Virus record (IMG/VR): IMGVR_UViG_3300035698_017726
Span: 50,833-114,832 of that record
Origin: a virus
Length of the DNA: 64,000 nt
Direction: 5' to 3' (one strand)
Part shown: positions 55,212 to 63,948 of the stretch, in pieces
Layout of the letters: each line of letters begins with the position of its first letter
Numbering within the stretch: the stretch's first letter is position 1
Notes under the pieces: generated by a model
Database searches by the model: none
What the model was told of the DNA's origin: nothing
The model's input: only the letters and a program-made list of their open reading frames with translations
Position numbers and translations under genes: made by a program

Positions 55212-55246
55212 AAAGAAAAAGGCCCGCCTGGAGGGGCGGGCCTTTT
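55212..55246 (-). terminator. Attenuator A terminator
   Basis: AAAAGGCCCGCC-CCTCCA-GGCGGGCC-TTTTTCTTT; left arm complementary to the leader 3' end GAGGGCGGGCCT. Confidence 0.85.
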
Positions 55247-55269
55247 CATGTCGCGGTTCGCGTTGAGAG

Positions 55270-55347
55270 CTAGGCCCGCCCTCGGATCTCGGCCAGGAGG
55301 CTCGAGGCCCAATAGGAAAAGCAGGACAATGACATTACGCGGTTCAT
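55270..55347 (-). CDS. Leader peptide A (25 aa, MNRVMSLSCFSYWASSLLAEIRGRA)
   Basis: Codons 6-19 all cognate to the 14 downstream tRNAs; likely leaderless mRNA. Confidence 0.8.
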   Translation of the reverse strand: MNRVMSLSCFSYWASSLLAEIRGRA

Positions 55348-55353
55348 GCTCTT

Positions 55354-55383
55354 ACCCTAATGAGGTTCGTCTTCAGGTGTCAA
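55354..55383 (-). promoter_or_regulatory. Sigma70-like promoter of tRNA operon A
   Basis: TTGACA-18nt-TAGGGT; ATG 7 nt downstream. Confidence 0.7.
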
Positions 55384-55593
55384 CAAGGTCGGCGAACTTT
55401 TCTCGCGAACTACGACGCGTGCTCCAGACCAGTCTTCACTGCTAATCGTCCAGAACACGCGTATAACCTCGTATCTACTCTCTCCGACTTCTATCTCTTC
55501 GCCCTCTCTGGGAACCATGCCGGTGAAGTAAACCTTCACGGCTCCGAACTCACTCAGTATCGCGTGGCGCGTTTTTCGGGATGATGTCTTCAA
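55357..55593 (-). CDS. Hypothetical protein
   Basis: VPREGEEI....RYEV.RVFW, similar to the C-terminal part of 34115-34546. Confidence 0.45.
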   Translation of the reverse strand: MKTSSRKTRHAILSEFGAVKVYFTGMVPREGEEIEVGESRYEVIRVFWTISSEDWSGARVVVREKSSPTLLTPEDEPH

Positions 55594-56434
55594 ATCTCAC
55601 CTCATCTACTAAGTAGCCTGACGCACGTTCGTGACCTCCGCCTCCTCTTTGAAGGGCCAAGGCCCCGACGTCGAAGCCATTGGACCTGAGCTCCACCTTC
55701 CCGAACTCAGGAAGATAGACGGCTCCGTAGTTGGCTCCCGCTTCGTTGGCGAGCTGATGTCCTAGCTGAGAAGTATGCCTGGAGGCGATTACCCATGCGA
55801 AGGTGTCACCGTTCTCGTCCACGCCCAGTGTGGCCCGATGCATCTTGGCCCTGATGTAGCCTCTCTCCTGCCTGACAAGGTTGGCGACTACCAACGATTC
55901 TTCTGACGTCAGGAGAGGGGTCGGCTCTCTGTTCAAGAAGTACTTCCGCCCGAAGAATGCCCTCAGCCTGTCCAGGCCATCGCCCACCAGCCAGAGGTCG
56001 GCGTCTTCTCTCAACCATAGGTCTCTGGCATTAACGGCCATCACCCATTCTGGCAGGTGGGGGTACTTCCCCTTCAGCTCCAAGAACGAAGGGAACCAGT
56101 GCTGGAACACCAGAGCTGTACCGCTCATGGAGTCGTCGTAGACGACGGTAGCATGCTCCCACAGGTTCTCTAGCGCCTTCAGCGCAGATCTCTTGTGGTG
56201 GTCAATGATGGTGACTTTCGCTCCCTTGAAGAGAAGTAGCTCGGTCAGCACTTTCTTCCCTGGGACGATATCCGTAAGGATGATCTCGTCGTAGTCCTCC
56301 ATGCATTTCTCGACGGTCCGGTCGATGTCGTTGTACCCGCAGAAGAAAGTCTTTCTCTGCGGGTGAACCATGCCTACCAGTACAGAGCACCCGAAGCCGT
56401 CCAAGTCACTGTGCGTGATGTGCGCTATCTTCAT
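55550..56434 (-). CDS. DHH-family phosphoesterase (NrnB/oligoribonuclease-like)
   Basis: HSDLDG, TD, IDHH, LRS, GGGH..ASG. Confidence 0.9.
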   Translation of the reverse strand: MKIAHITHSDLDGFGCSVLVGMVHPQRKTFFCGYNDIDRTVEKCMEDYDEIILTDIVPGKKVLTELLLFKGAKVTIIDHHKRSALKALENLWEHATVVYDDSMSGTALVFQHWFPSFLELKGKYPHLPEWVMAVNARDLWLREDADLWLVGDGLDRLRAFFGRKYFLNREPTPLLTSEESLVVANLVRQERGYIRAKMHRATLGVDENGDTFAWVIASRHTSQLGHQLANEAGANYGAVYLPEFGKVELRSNGFDVGALALQRGGGGHERASGYLVDEVRFEDIIPKNAPRDTE

Positions 56435-57297
56435 CTACGGATTCCTGGGGGTGGTGGGCAGAAGAACGCTGAGCTCTCTCCAGGGAACGCACCAGAGGTG
56501 GACTCGACCATCGGTACTCCCCAGCCCTTGAGCTGGCTGGTGGTGCCATAGCGGAGCTCCATCACCTGGTCAGGGGAGTCACCGGCTTTCTTGAACTCGA
56601 CCTGCACCGTGTTCATAGCCACGGACTCTCCATAGCCAGTGCCCACGCTCTTTGTGCGCTGGCTCGCCTGGGTTCTACGGCTTCGAGCGATGCCTTTGGC
56701 TGTCCTAGTGGGCGGAGTAGATAGGCTATTTACGGTACAGCCTCTGGAGGTGTCTTCAGCAGAATAGGCTGGACTGGCGGCACAGATCGGCTCGACCACG
56801 TCCATGAAGTCGAGACAGGCGTCGTCACCTTTTGCCTGGGTGTCATCGCATGAGCTGCGGGGGATGCCATTCGAGTCTCCGCTCCTCCACTGAGGAGCAT
56901 ACTCGCGCTCCTTCTCCTTGAAGACCGCAGCGCCGATGTAGCCGACGAAGCTCTTGCCTGCGCCCATCTTTGCGCTGTAGGAGTCATCCTTCGCGCTGAA
57001 CTCGAAGGCAGCAGCTCTGTCATTGCTCTGCAGCCAGCCCTTGATGGTGACTGTAGCGTATGCATCGATGACGTAGCCGGAGCCGTTGAACGTGGCCGGC
57101 TTGATGTCTCCGCTGGTATCTACCGACTTGACGATGTTGATGCCGTCTACGGTGAGCACGGCGAGAATCCTGCCGTGGTGCCTGTTTCTGACTCTAATGG
57201 TGTACTCGCCGGATTCGGGAGCATGGAAGTAGGTCTTTCCGCCATGGGAGATGACTGGAAGGTTCTTGCCATCATGAATGAGGCTCAGTTCGATCAT
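56431..57297 (-). CDS. Phage-type hypothetical protein
   Basis: EYTIRVRN...VLTVDGINI...GYVI...IKGW...F.F; GTGYGE; FCPPPP. Confidence 0.65.
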   Translation of the reverse strand: MIELSLIHDGKNLPVISHGGKTYFHAPESGEYTIRVRNRHHGRILAVLTVDGINIVKSVDTSGDIKPATFNGSGYVIDAYATVTIKGWLQSNDRAAAFEFSAKDDSYSAKMGAGKSFVGYIGAAVFKEKEREYAPQWRSGDSNGIPRSSCDDTQAKGDDACLDFMDVVEPICAASPAYSAEDTSRGCTVNSLSTPPTRTAKGIARSRRTQASQRTKSVGTGYGESVAMNTVQVEFKKAGDSPDQVMELRYGTTSQLKGWGVPMVESTSGAFPGESSAFFCPPPPGIRR

Positions 57298-57475
57298 CTG
57301 GGTGCCACACCTGTAGCTGAGGTTTGCGTGGAAAAATCTTCAATCTGTTCTCCACGATGGCGTTGAACAGCTCAGTCACTAAGCTTGTGCGGTTCAGTCC
57401 TTGGATACGCGCCCAGTGGTCGATGTAGTCCAGCAGGTCCTGATCCAATCGCATAGATATGAGTGTCTTAGCCAT
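57272..57475 (-). CDS. Ribbon-helix-helix (CopG-like) regulator
   Basis: LISMRLDQDLLDYID..A...GLNRTSLV. Confidence 0.7.
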   Translation of the reverse strand: MAKTLISMRLDQDLLDYIDHWARIQGLNRTSLVTELFNAIVENRLKIFPRKPQLQVWHPDDRTEPHS

Positions 57476-57510
57476 GGTTAATGTATATCCTCTGTATATA
57501 CAGGACGCAA

Positions 57511-57537
57511 GGTCGGTGGACACGATGTCCACCGACC
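57511..57537. repeat. Perfect 12-bp inverted repeat (terminator or operator)
   Basis: GGTCGGTGGACA-CGA-TGTCCACCGACC. Confidence 0.6.
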
Positions 57538-57545
57538 GGTCAGTC

Positions 57546-58019
57546 CTAGTTCATGGTCTCGGGGCTGACGAGCCGAGAGAATAGGTCTGCAAGCTCTTCT
57601 GCACGCTCTTCGCCCAAAGCGCTATTCTTCTCGCCGGCATCTTCGATAGAATCACCGGCGAGAACGCGCTGCGCTTCTTCAGCCATTGTCGACGCCGCCA
57701 TCCCCAGAGTGATGGAGAGGATGTCGCCCCCCCACATGCACTTCTGGCTGGCCGTGCTACGGACGAAGTCCATGAAAACCCCGTAGTCCTCTTCGAAGAT
57801 GCCTTCCAGCATGGACAGGATCCTCGGGAAGTGGCGGTCTGCCGAAGAGTTGATCGCTTGCCGCATCTCTTCCTCGGTGCCCTCGACCTTCAGTTCCTTG
57901 AACATCGCTATGGTGAACGCGATGAACTTTTCCCTGTCCGCGAAGATGTTAGCCATAGCGAAGAGTTCAGCGTTGATTTTATGGTCTTGTTCGCTCATTG
58001 TTTGGCTCCTTTCCACCAT
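57546..58019 (-). CDS. Hypothetical protein
   Basis: 157-aa ORF. Confidence 0.55.
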   Translation of the reverse strand: MVERSQTMSEQDHKINAELFAMANIFADREKFIAFTIAMFKELKVEGTEEEMRQAINSSADRHFPRILSMLEGIFEEDYGVFMDFVRSTASQKCMWGGDILSITLGMAASTMAEEAQRVLAGDSIEDAGEKNSALGEERAEELADLFSRLVSPETMN

Positions 58020-58125
58020 CTCTTAATGCGTCCCCGCATGATGGCGTCTTTCTTATAGCGTTCCCAAAGAATGCCTCCTATTACCCCGAGGGAGAATAGG
58101 AGGCAGGTAGAGACGGCTAAGATCA

Positions 58126-58878
58126 CTACTGGATCCAGCCCTTGGCCTTCACGATCTTGACCCAGCCGGGGAACTCGTTGAGGAGCTGCTTGTAGAAGTC
58201 TTCATCGGAGAGGCCCTTCACGCTGCGAGCTTCGAAGAAGCCGGCGGAGTCGATGGCGAACCGCTTGTCTGTGTTGCCGATGTCGTCGAGGTCCTCGAGG
58301 AACGTGAACTTGGCTCCGCCCACTCCGCAGAACTGGATGAACATGGGGAGCTGGTTCAGCTTGGCCAACGCCTCGATGGTCTTCGCACGGTCTCCGCAGT
58401 TGCCGTCGGTCACGAAGAGGACGAACACGGGGTGCTTGCGGGGAGCCTTGACCTGGGGAGCCTTCTTGCCTCTGCCGGAGTAGCCGCCCTTGGCTGCGCC
58501 CAGCTCTGCCGCGAAGTAGCGTTCGCCTATCAGTTCGATGACGGTCGCGTAGTTGGTACCGTACTCGTAGTTGGTAGTACGCATGTGCTTCTTGACATAG
58601 CCGTCGATGTCGTCGATGCCCACATCACCGACGAAGGTGGCGCGCTCGCCGAAGTCGAAGTGCTGGATGGCGCCGTCGTCATCCATGGCCAGGCCGAGGC
58701 CGAGGCCGCGTTCGACGATATCCTGGACCTCGCCACTGCTGAAGCGGCCAGACATGCTGCCGCTGATGTCCATGACCAGCACGACTTCAGCCGTCACGCC
58801 GAAGAGGTCGAGGGTCATTTTCATGGTGCTGAGCTTCTGGCCCAGCTGCTGTACACGTTCTTTGCTTTTGAGCTGCAA
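58126..58878 (-). CDS. vWA-domain protein, TerF/Ter-operon type
   Basis: VLVMDISGSM, MDDDG, GTNYA, FVTDG, F.FLE.LDD, D.AGFF, LLNEFPGW. Confidence 0.85.
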   Translation of the reverse strand: MQLKSKERVQQLGQKLSTMKMTLDLFGVTAEVVLVMDISGSMSGRFSSGEVQDIVERGLGLGLAMDDDGAIQHFDFGERATFVGDVGIDDIDGYVKKHMRTTNYEYGTNYATVIELIGERYFAAELGAAKGGYSGRGKKAPQVKAPRKHPVFVLFVTDGNCGDRAKTIEALAKLNQLPMFIQFCGVGGAKFTFLEDLDDIGNTDKRFAIDSAGFFEARSVKGLSDEDFYKQLLNEFPGWVKIVKAKGWIQ

Positions 58879-59041
58879 AACTTATCCTCCCTGAGGAAAG
58901 TTAAGGGTTTATGGAGACTGGCTCCACGTTTCTTATGACTCCAATGCTGCTGTCATTGTCGAAAGGTCAATGTCATACGCAGGGGAGCGACTAGCTTGCG
59001 AAGCTTCTCCAGCTCTTTGGTGAGCTCTTCAACAGTGGCCA

Positions 59042-59293
59042 TTACTTGTTCCTGTAGTGAGGCCCAATCCTCATTTCTTTGGTTGTTCCGCTGTTTACGG
59101 TCTGTACCCACCATCCTGCTGCGGAGAAGATGGTTTGCAGTGACCCTACCAAGTCCGGAGGCGGAGAGATGACTCGGTACTTTGTATTGGGCTCCCACAG
59201 AGGACGGAGAAGTCTATTGGTAGCGGCTACCCACTTATCTATTAGGCTGTCCGCCAACTCTACGTCTCCCGGTCTAAGGGCGTTTACGCTCAT
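59042..59293 (-). CDS. Hypothetical protein
   Basis: 83-aa ORF. Confidence 0.4.
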   Translation of the reverse strand: MSVNALRPGDVELADSLIDKWVAATNRLLRPLWEPNTKYRVISPPPDLVGSLQTIFSAAGWWVQTVNSGTTKEMRIGPHYRNK

Positions 59294-60143
59294 AGCAGTG
59301 GGCAGCCTTCCCAGCCGACGTGGATGAAGCCGTCGGGCTGGAGTACTAGACTACGGAGCTCTTCGCTTGGTTCTACCTCCAGGGCCATGCAGGTAGCCAT
59401 AGACACCGATAGGCCTTTGTACGCATAAACGATGTCTCCATGCTCCAGCTTGTAACGAGCGTAGCCACCATCCCTGAGTAGGTACTCCAGCATGCCCACA
59501 GAGTCGTGATAGTCCGCCCCATGCTCTTGTACCCAGTCTTTGGCTCTATCGTCTTTGCTCTCGTGGGGAATACCCAACCGACGGCAAGTCAGCTGCTGTA
59601 TTCCTAGTCTGCTTAGTGCGGAGACATAGCCTTCGAACCTTTCCTTATTCTTGGGCCCCTCACCAAGCTTGAAATCGTCTCCGGTCATGTTGAGGCTGAT
59701 ACGACACAACATGCCCGCCTTCACTATTCTACTAGCTACCTCGTAGTAGTCATGGTCATGCCCCATTATTGAGCAGTTGGTCTCTGGGTCCATCGATGAC
59801 GCAGAGATAGATACGCAGGTTACCCCCAGTTCCCTGAACCCCAGAAGAACTGGGTCCAACAGCTGTGTCCCATTGGTCTGGATCTCTACCCGAGGGAATT
59901 CTGGGCCCAGCTGCTCCAAGATGACGTGAAGGTCGGTGTATTGGAGAGTTGGCTCCCCTCTTCCAGTAATCAACAGGGTCTCGCAGTTGATCGTCCTATT
60001 TAGCTTCTTTACCTTCCAAAGACTCTTCAAGATGCGCCCATTGGAGGCACCGCCTTGCCGACGAGTCATTCGTGTCATGCAGAAGCCGCAGTTACCGTGT
60101 TACATCCACCCGCCAAGTTGACACTAATACTGGAGGCCTTCAC
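59290..60143 (-). pseudogene. Radical SAM protein with a frameshift in the CxxxCxxC motif
   Basis: GTG 60143 MKASSISVNLAGGCN + extra AC + GNCGFCM...; ITGRGEP, IQTNG. Confidence 0.75.
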
Positions 60144-60391
60144 TTTGTTCTCGATGATGAGCTGATGACGCCCAACTCAGCGAGTCCACAGATGAAGAAG
60201 AGGATGACCCAGAAGAGATCTGCCTGGTTGAAGTGGGCATAGTAGGCGATGAGGAACCTAGGCGCGCAGATAGCGCAGAGGACATCTGCCCAGTACGGAA
60301 CGTCGTTGGCCGGGATGAGGCCATGACTGTTGCTCCAAAGGAGCGTGCATCTTGGGAATAGTAGGGCTGCGAACAGCCAACCAGTGGTCAA
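60140..60391 (-). CDS. Small membrane protein
   Basis: Hydrophobic 83 aa with repeated FPR/APR. Confidence 0.55.
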   Translation of the reverse strand: MTTGWLFAALLFPRCTLLWSNSHGLIPANDVPYWADVLCAICAPRFLIAYYAHFNQADLFWVILFFICGLAELGVISSSSRTK

Positions 60392-60723
60392 TGTACTGTC
60401 TCCTCTTTGTCGTAAGACAGAAGGACGTTGCCTTCAGTGTCTTCGTCGGTGATTTGTGTTTCTTTCTCCAGCCACAGTGCTTCGATAACGAAGTTATCTG
60501 CGAGCGCGCTCAAAAGCAGGTTGTACGCTGCTCGTCCTTCAGTCTCTGTGTCATAGATGTAGTCGACGTCCCTGCAGCCAAAGCCTGTTCCCGAACTGGC
60601 CCAGTTCTCGTCCCCCAATGTTGCGGTGATGGTGTCGTTGACTAGCCTCCAGTACTCCATGGAGTTGCCGAAGGCTTGGCCGCCCAACTGGACGCTGATG
60701 CCTACTCGATATTTGGTACCCAT
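60388..60723 (-). CDS. Hypothetical protein
   Basis: GTGFGCRD motif. Confidence 0.5.
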   Translation of the reverse strand: MGTKYRVGISVQLGGQAFGNSMEYWRLVNDTITATLGDENWASSGTGFGCRDVDYIYDTETEGRAAYNLLLSALADNFVIEALWLEKETQITDEDTEGNVLLSYDKEETVH

Positions 60724-60992
60724 CCGGTGTCCTCCAAGAGCATCACGCGCTCTTCTAGTAGTTCGATGTAGCCCTCTTGGAGTTCTTGTTTGTCTGAGGA
60801 GGAACAGCCATGGCCGATCAGAGCGCCAACGGCGCAGAAGAGAGCCATTCTGCTGATGATCTCAACTGGATGAGGTCGGGCCATCTTTAGAAGATGGCCC
60901 AGTAGCATCGTAATGGATTCTTGTGTTTCGTTGATGCGCGCTGTGTTCCTTTGTACTACTTCTTCGATGGTGCCCGTGAACTTTGTCTTCAT
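60702..60992 (-). CDS. Hypothetical membrane protein
   Basis: One hydrophobic helix. Confidence 0.45.
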   Translation of the reverse strand: MKTKFTGTIEEVVQRNTARINETQESITMLLGHLLKMARPHPVEIISRMALFCAVGALIGHGCSSSDKQELQEGYIELLEERVMLLEDTGWVPNIE

Positions 60993-61076
60993 GGTGTCTC
61001 CGATAGTTTGATTAGGGCCATGCTGCTCATGATGCATAGGTAGAGCACAACGACTGTGACGATGAGCTCCCAGATA

Positions 61077-61406
61077 TCAGGACTCGGCTTTGCCACCAGG
61101 TAACTCCCACGTAGGCTGGCTGGGGCTACTCGAAGGCACCATCTTTAGTTCGAAGGTCCCCACCCCAGGGATGAAAAGAAAATACGGTATTGGCTTGGGC
61201 AGGTTGTCCGTAGTCCAGAAGACCTTGAAGCACAGCTGCGGCATTAGGTCTCTCAAGTGCCTACGTTTCTTGGCCCAGTAGCTCCATACATCGTCCTTCA
61301 CGACCCCCTCCGCCTTGCCGTCACGCAAGGCGGAGGTAGTCATGCCGATGTCCAAGTCAGGGAAGAAGGTCTTGAAGGTCAAGACCAACCTGTTGATGTG
61401 TCTCAC
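61077..61406 (-). CDS. Hypothetical protein
   Basis: 109-aa ORF. Confidence 0.45.
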   Translation of the reverse strand: MRHINRLVLTFKTFFPDLDIGMTTSALRDGKAEGVVKDDVWSYWAKKRRHLRDLMPQLCFKVFWTTDNLPKPIPYFLFIPGVGTFELKMVPSSSPSQPTWELPGGKAES

Positions 61407-61703
61407 TTACTCTACCTTTACGCAGGTGAGCGCGCGGTTAGCATAGACGGAGTAGCAGGTCACTCCATAATCATCTGGGCCAACGCGCCAGAGGTAGGCG
61501 TCGTTGCCGATCTCTGCGATGGGTACGTCGTCGTACTTCTGCGCCCAGCACCTCTGGAATGCCTCCAGGGGCATTCCTTTTGGACAATGCACACTCATCT
61601 CCACTACTGGGACGTCTACGGGCTTATCTTTGGCCCCCAAGAAGATGACCACAAGGCCTGCAGTAGTGACCGCGATAGTCAGCAGCATTCGGTACTCCCT
61701 CAA
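61407..61703 (-). CDS. Hypothetical exported protein
   Basis: N-terminal signal/anchor, four Cys. Confidence 0.45.
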   Translation of the reverse strand: MREYRMLLTIAVTTAGLVVIFLGAKDKPVDVPVVEMSVHCPKGMPLEAFQRCWAQKYDDVPIAEIGNDAYLWRVGPDDYGVTCYSVYANRALTCVKVE

Positions 61704-61855
61704 CCAGTCTCCTATTCCGATGAACTCCTCCCAATAGGTTGGAGTTCGGAAAACTGGCTCTTCTTCAGGTTCAGCAGGTTCAGCGGTGTCAGCTTCAGCG
61801 TCACGGAGCTCGGCTAGGCCATACGCATATACAACGCAGACCTTCTCCGTGAATC

Positions 61856-62068
61856 TTATGACATCCTTTTCCTGAAGAATGCAGCTATTGGCCTAGCGAC
61901 CGTAGAAGTCATGATTTTGCCGCCGTGAAAGTTGACTGCTCGCGTAGCACCACTCTTCTGTACGAAGATTTGCGCCTTGCTGAAGTCCTTCACCCATCTG
62001 ACCGGCCCCGGCCCGTGATTCTTGTAGAAAAGACCGTTTCTCACTACGAAGTATACGTCTCGATGCAT
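61856..62068 (-). CDS. Hypothetical protein
   Basis: WV.D.SKA.IF....A motif. Confidence 0.45.
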   Translation of the reverse strand: MHRDVYFVVRNGLFYKNHGPGPVRWVKDFSKAQIFVQKSGATRAVNFHGGKIMTSTVARPIAAFFRKRMS

Positions 62069-62424
62069 TTATTCCCCAGAAAGGCCCAAAGACGTTCTTC
62101 GGCGCCCATTTTGCATAGGTTGAACACTGGAATATTGCACGCATCAGCCAATCTGATGGCCTGACCCGTACCCCCAGTATGTCTACCGGTCTCTTTTAGT
62201 GTCTCGGCGCCATCAGTGGTCCAACAGACCACGAAAGCCACTGGATCTCGCAGTGAGTCACCAAGTACTTGGTGACTGTTGCGTGCTTGAAGCTTCTTCC
62301 CGCCTTGTTTTAGTGCGTCCAGTCGCGCGCTGCGAAGGAATATCTGGGTCATCGTGACGTTGCTGAAGTCAGTGCCCGTCTCTGCCGCCTTCAACAGCTC
62401 TACTACGTCTTGGTCTTCGGCCAT
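62044..62424 (-). CDS. SLOG/DprA-like phage protein (C-terminal half)
   Basis: ARN.HQVLG..L..PV.FVVCWT.DG...GGTGQAIR.A....IPVFNL. Confidence 0.7.
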   Translation of the reverse strand: MAEDQDVVELLKAAETGTDFSNVTMTQIFLRSARLDALKQGGKKLQARNSHQVLGDSLRDPVAFVVCWTTDGAETLKETGRHTGGTGQAIRLADACNIPVFNLCKMGAEERLWAFLGNKCIETYTS

Positions 62425-62528
62425 TCTTTTGATCTCCTCTATTGTTTTGTCGAGTAACTCCCAGCTGAGATTCTTTCCATTCCCCTAGGGAGTAACTAGG
62501 TCGCTAGAGTAATCAATGATGTCCCACA

Positions 62529-62915
62529 TTAATAATCACTCCCTCCTTGACCATCTCCAGCTCCGTGCATCTTGTCCGGGTCAAGGCAAGGCTTGGGACC
62601 AGGCTCGAACTCTGCTTTGAGTTGGTCGTAGAGCTCACGTCGTGATGCTTGGGACAGCGTCTTCTTATTGGCGGCCTCAGATATCTTCTCGGAGAGTCTC
62701 CATGATTCTACTGGGAGCTCTCTAACGTAAGCCACCGCCAAGATGTCTCCCTCTTCGGGTCCGTTCCAGTGCTCATCGCCAACACCGTCGAAGTGGTTCC
62801 TGGCTTCGGCGATAGCTTCGCTCTGGGTAGTGGCCTTGAGCTCCACCAACAGCTCTCCGCAGCCTACGGTGAAGTCACAGCCTATTGGCTGACGTAGATG
62901 TGCGTAAAACTTCAT
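62529..62915 (-). CDS. Hypothetical protein
   Basis: GCDFTVGCG motif. Confidence 0.55.
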   Translation of the reverse strand: MKFYAHLRQPIGCDFTVGCGELLVELKATTQSEAIAEARNHFDGVGDEHWNGPEEGDILAVAYVRELPVESWRLSEKISEAANKKTLSQASRRELYDQLKAEFEPGPKPCLDPDKMHGAGDGQGGSDY

Positions 62916-63448
62916 AGGTTCAGCGTCCTTTGGTGAGTTGCCTCATCCAGTAGGGTGTAGTCCTCAGCCAGTATCTCGTCTGCCCACGCCATGGCCTCTT
63001 CGCGCAGCTTACGTAGGTTGACGTGCTTGTCTTTCGGGCCCCAGCCCGTCCGACCGCCATTTTTCGAGTTCAGAGTCCACTGCCAGCAGTCGGATAAGAA
63101 TCCCCCATCTCCGGCGCTTTGGCTCATTGGGCGCAGCCAGGCTCGTCTCCACCAGGGTTCTTCGTTACAACCAACCAGATAACGCCGTAAGCTGAAGGGA
63201 AACCCTTCGTCCCACATCCACGGAGCTAGCATCGTCTCGTAGAGCTCGCGTCTTTTTGTTGTTATCTGTTGTTCACGATAGTTCAGGGCATCCACCTGCG
63301 CGTCCAGCACATCCAAGCGGTGTTGGAGCGTCTCCATCTTTCGGTCAAGCTCTTCACGCTCGACCATTTGCTCTTCCATCAGGTCAGCCTGCATCTCGTC
63401 TACCCTGTCCCTCTCCTCTACGAGCTCGAAGTAACGTTTAACGCTCAT
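62912..63448 (-). CDS. Hypothetical coiled-coil protein
   Basis: 178-aa ORF. Confidence 0.55.
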   Translation of the reverse strand: MSVKRYFELVEERDRVDEMQADLMEEQMVEREELDRKMETLQHRLDVLDAQVDALNYREQQITTKRRELYETMLAPWMWDEGFPFSLRRYLVGCNEEPWWRRAWLRPMSQSAGDGGFLSDCWQWTLNSKNGGRTGWGPKDKHVNLRKLREEAMAWADEILAEDYTLLDEATHQRTLNL

Positions 63449-63948
63449 CTGTCCCTCTTGTGTAGGATATGACGAATTGACATGAGCACATTGCCTAGCC
63501 AGTTCTCCCCCTCTATGTCCTTACATTTGTCGCAGGTACAGTTTCCCCAGAAGTTATCGTGCCAGTTGTTACCTTCTACCAACTCAGCATCCATAGTAGA
63601 CAGCAACATGCTTCTGAGTGCCTCATTCTGCTCAAACTTAGCTGTGACAATGTCGGTCAAGATGCCGACCTTTACGTCTTCCCAGTCGTCTCTTAGCTCA
63701 ACCTTACGTCCTAATCTCTTCGCACGTCCAGGAGTGGTCGCCTCGGCGATAGCTGTGTAGTCGTCTGGGTGCTTGGCCTTCGAGGCCTGGAATGCGTGTT
63801 CTACGGTATCCCATAGTCGGCCGTCATACTGAAAGGCATGAACGAAGAAGTTACTGAGCCATCTGTATTTGCCGGAGAAGCCTATATCATTGTGAACGTA
63901 GCCCGTCCGAATGTACAGCTCTACGGGCTTGTAGTCGCGGTCACTCAT
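63445..63948 (-). CDS. NADAR (YbiA-like) family protein
   Basis: LSNF, TVEHAFQASK, AKRLGR..LR.DWE, KFEQN, LVEGN.W.D.FWG, G.N.LG..LM. Confidence 0.93.
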   Translation of the reverse strand: MSDRDYKPVELYIRTGYVHNDIGFSGKYRWLSNFFVHAFQYDGRLWDTVEHAFQASKAKHPDDYTAIAEATTPGRAKRLGRKVELRDDWEDVKVGILTDIVTAKFEQNEALRSMLLSTMDAELVEGNNWHDNFWGNCTCDKCKDIEGENWLGNVLMSIRHILHKRDR

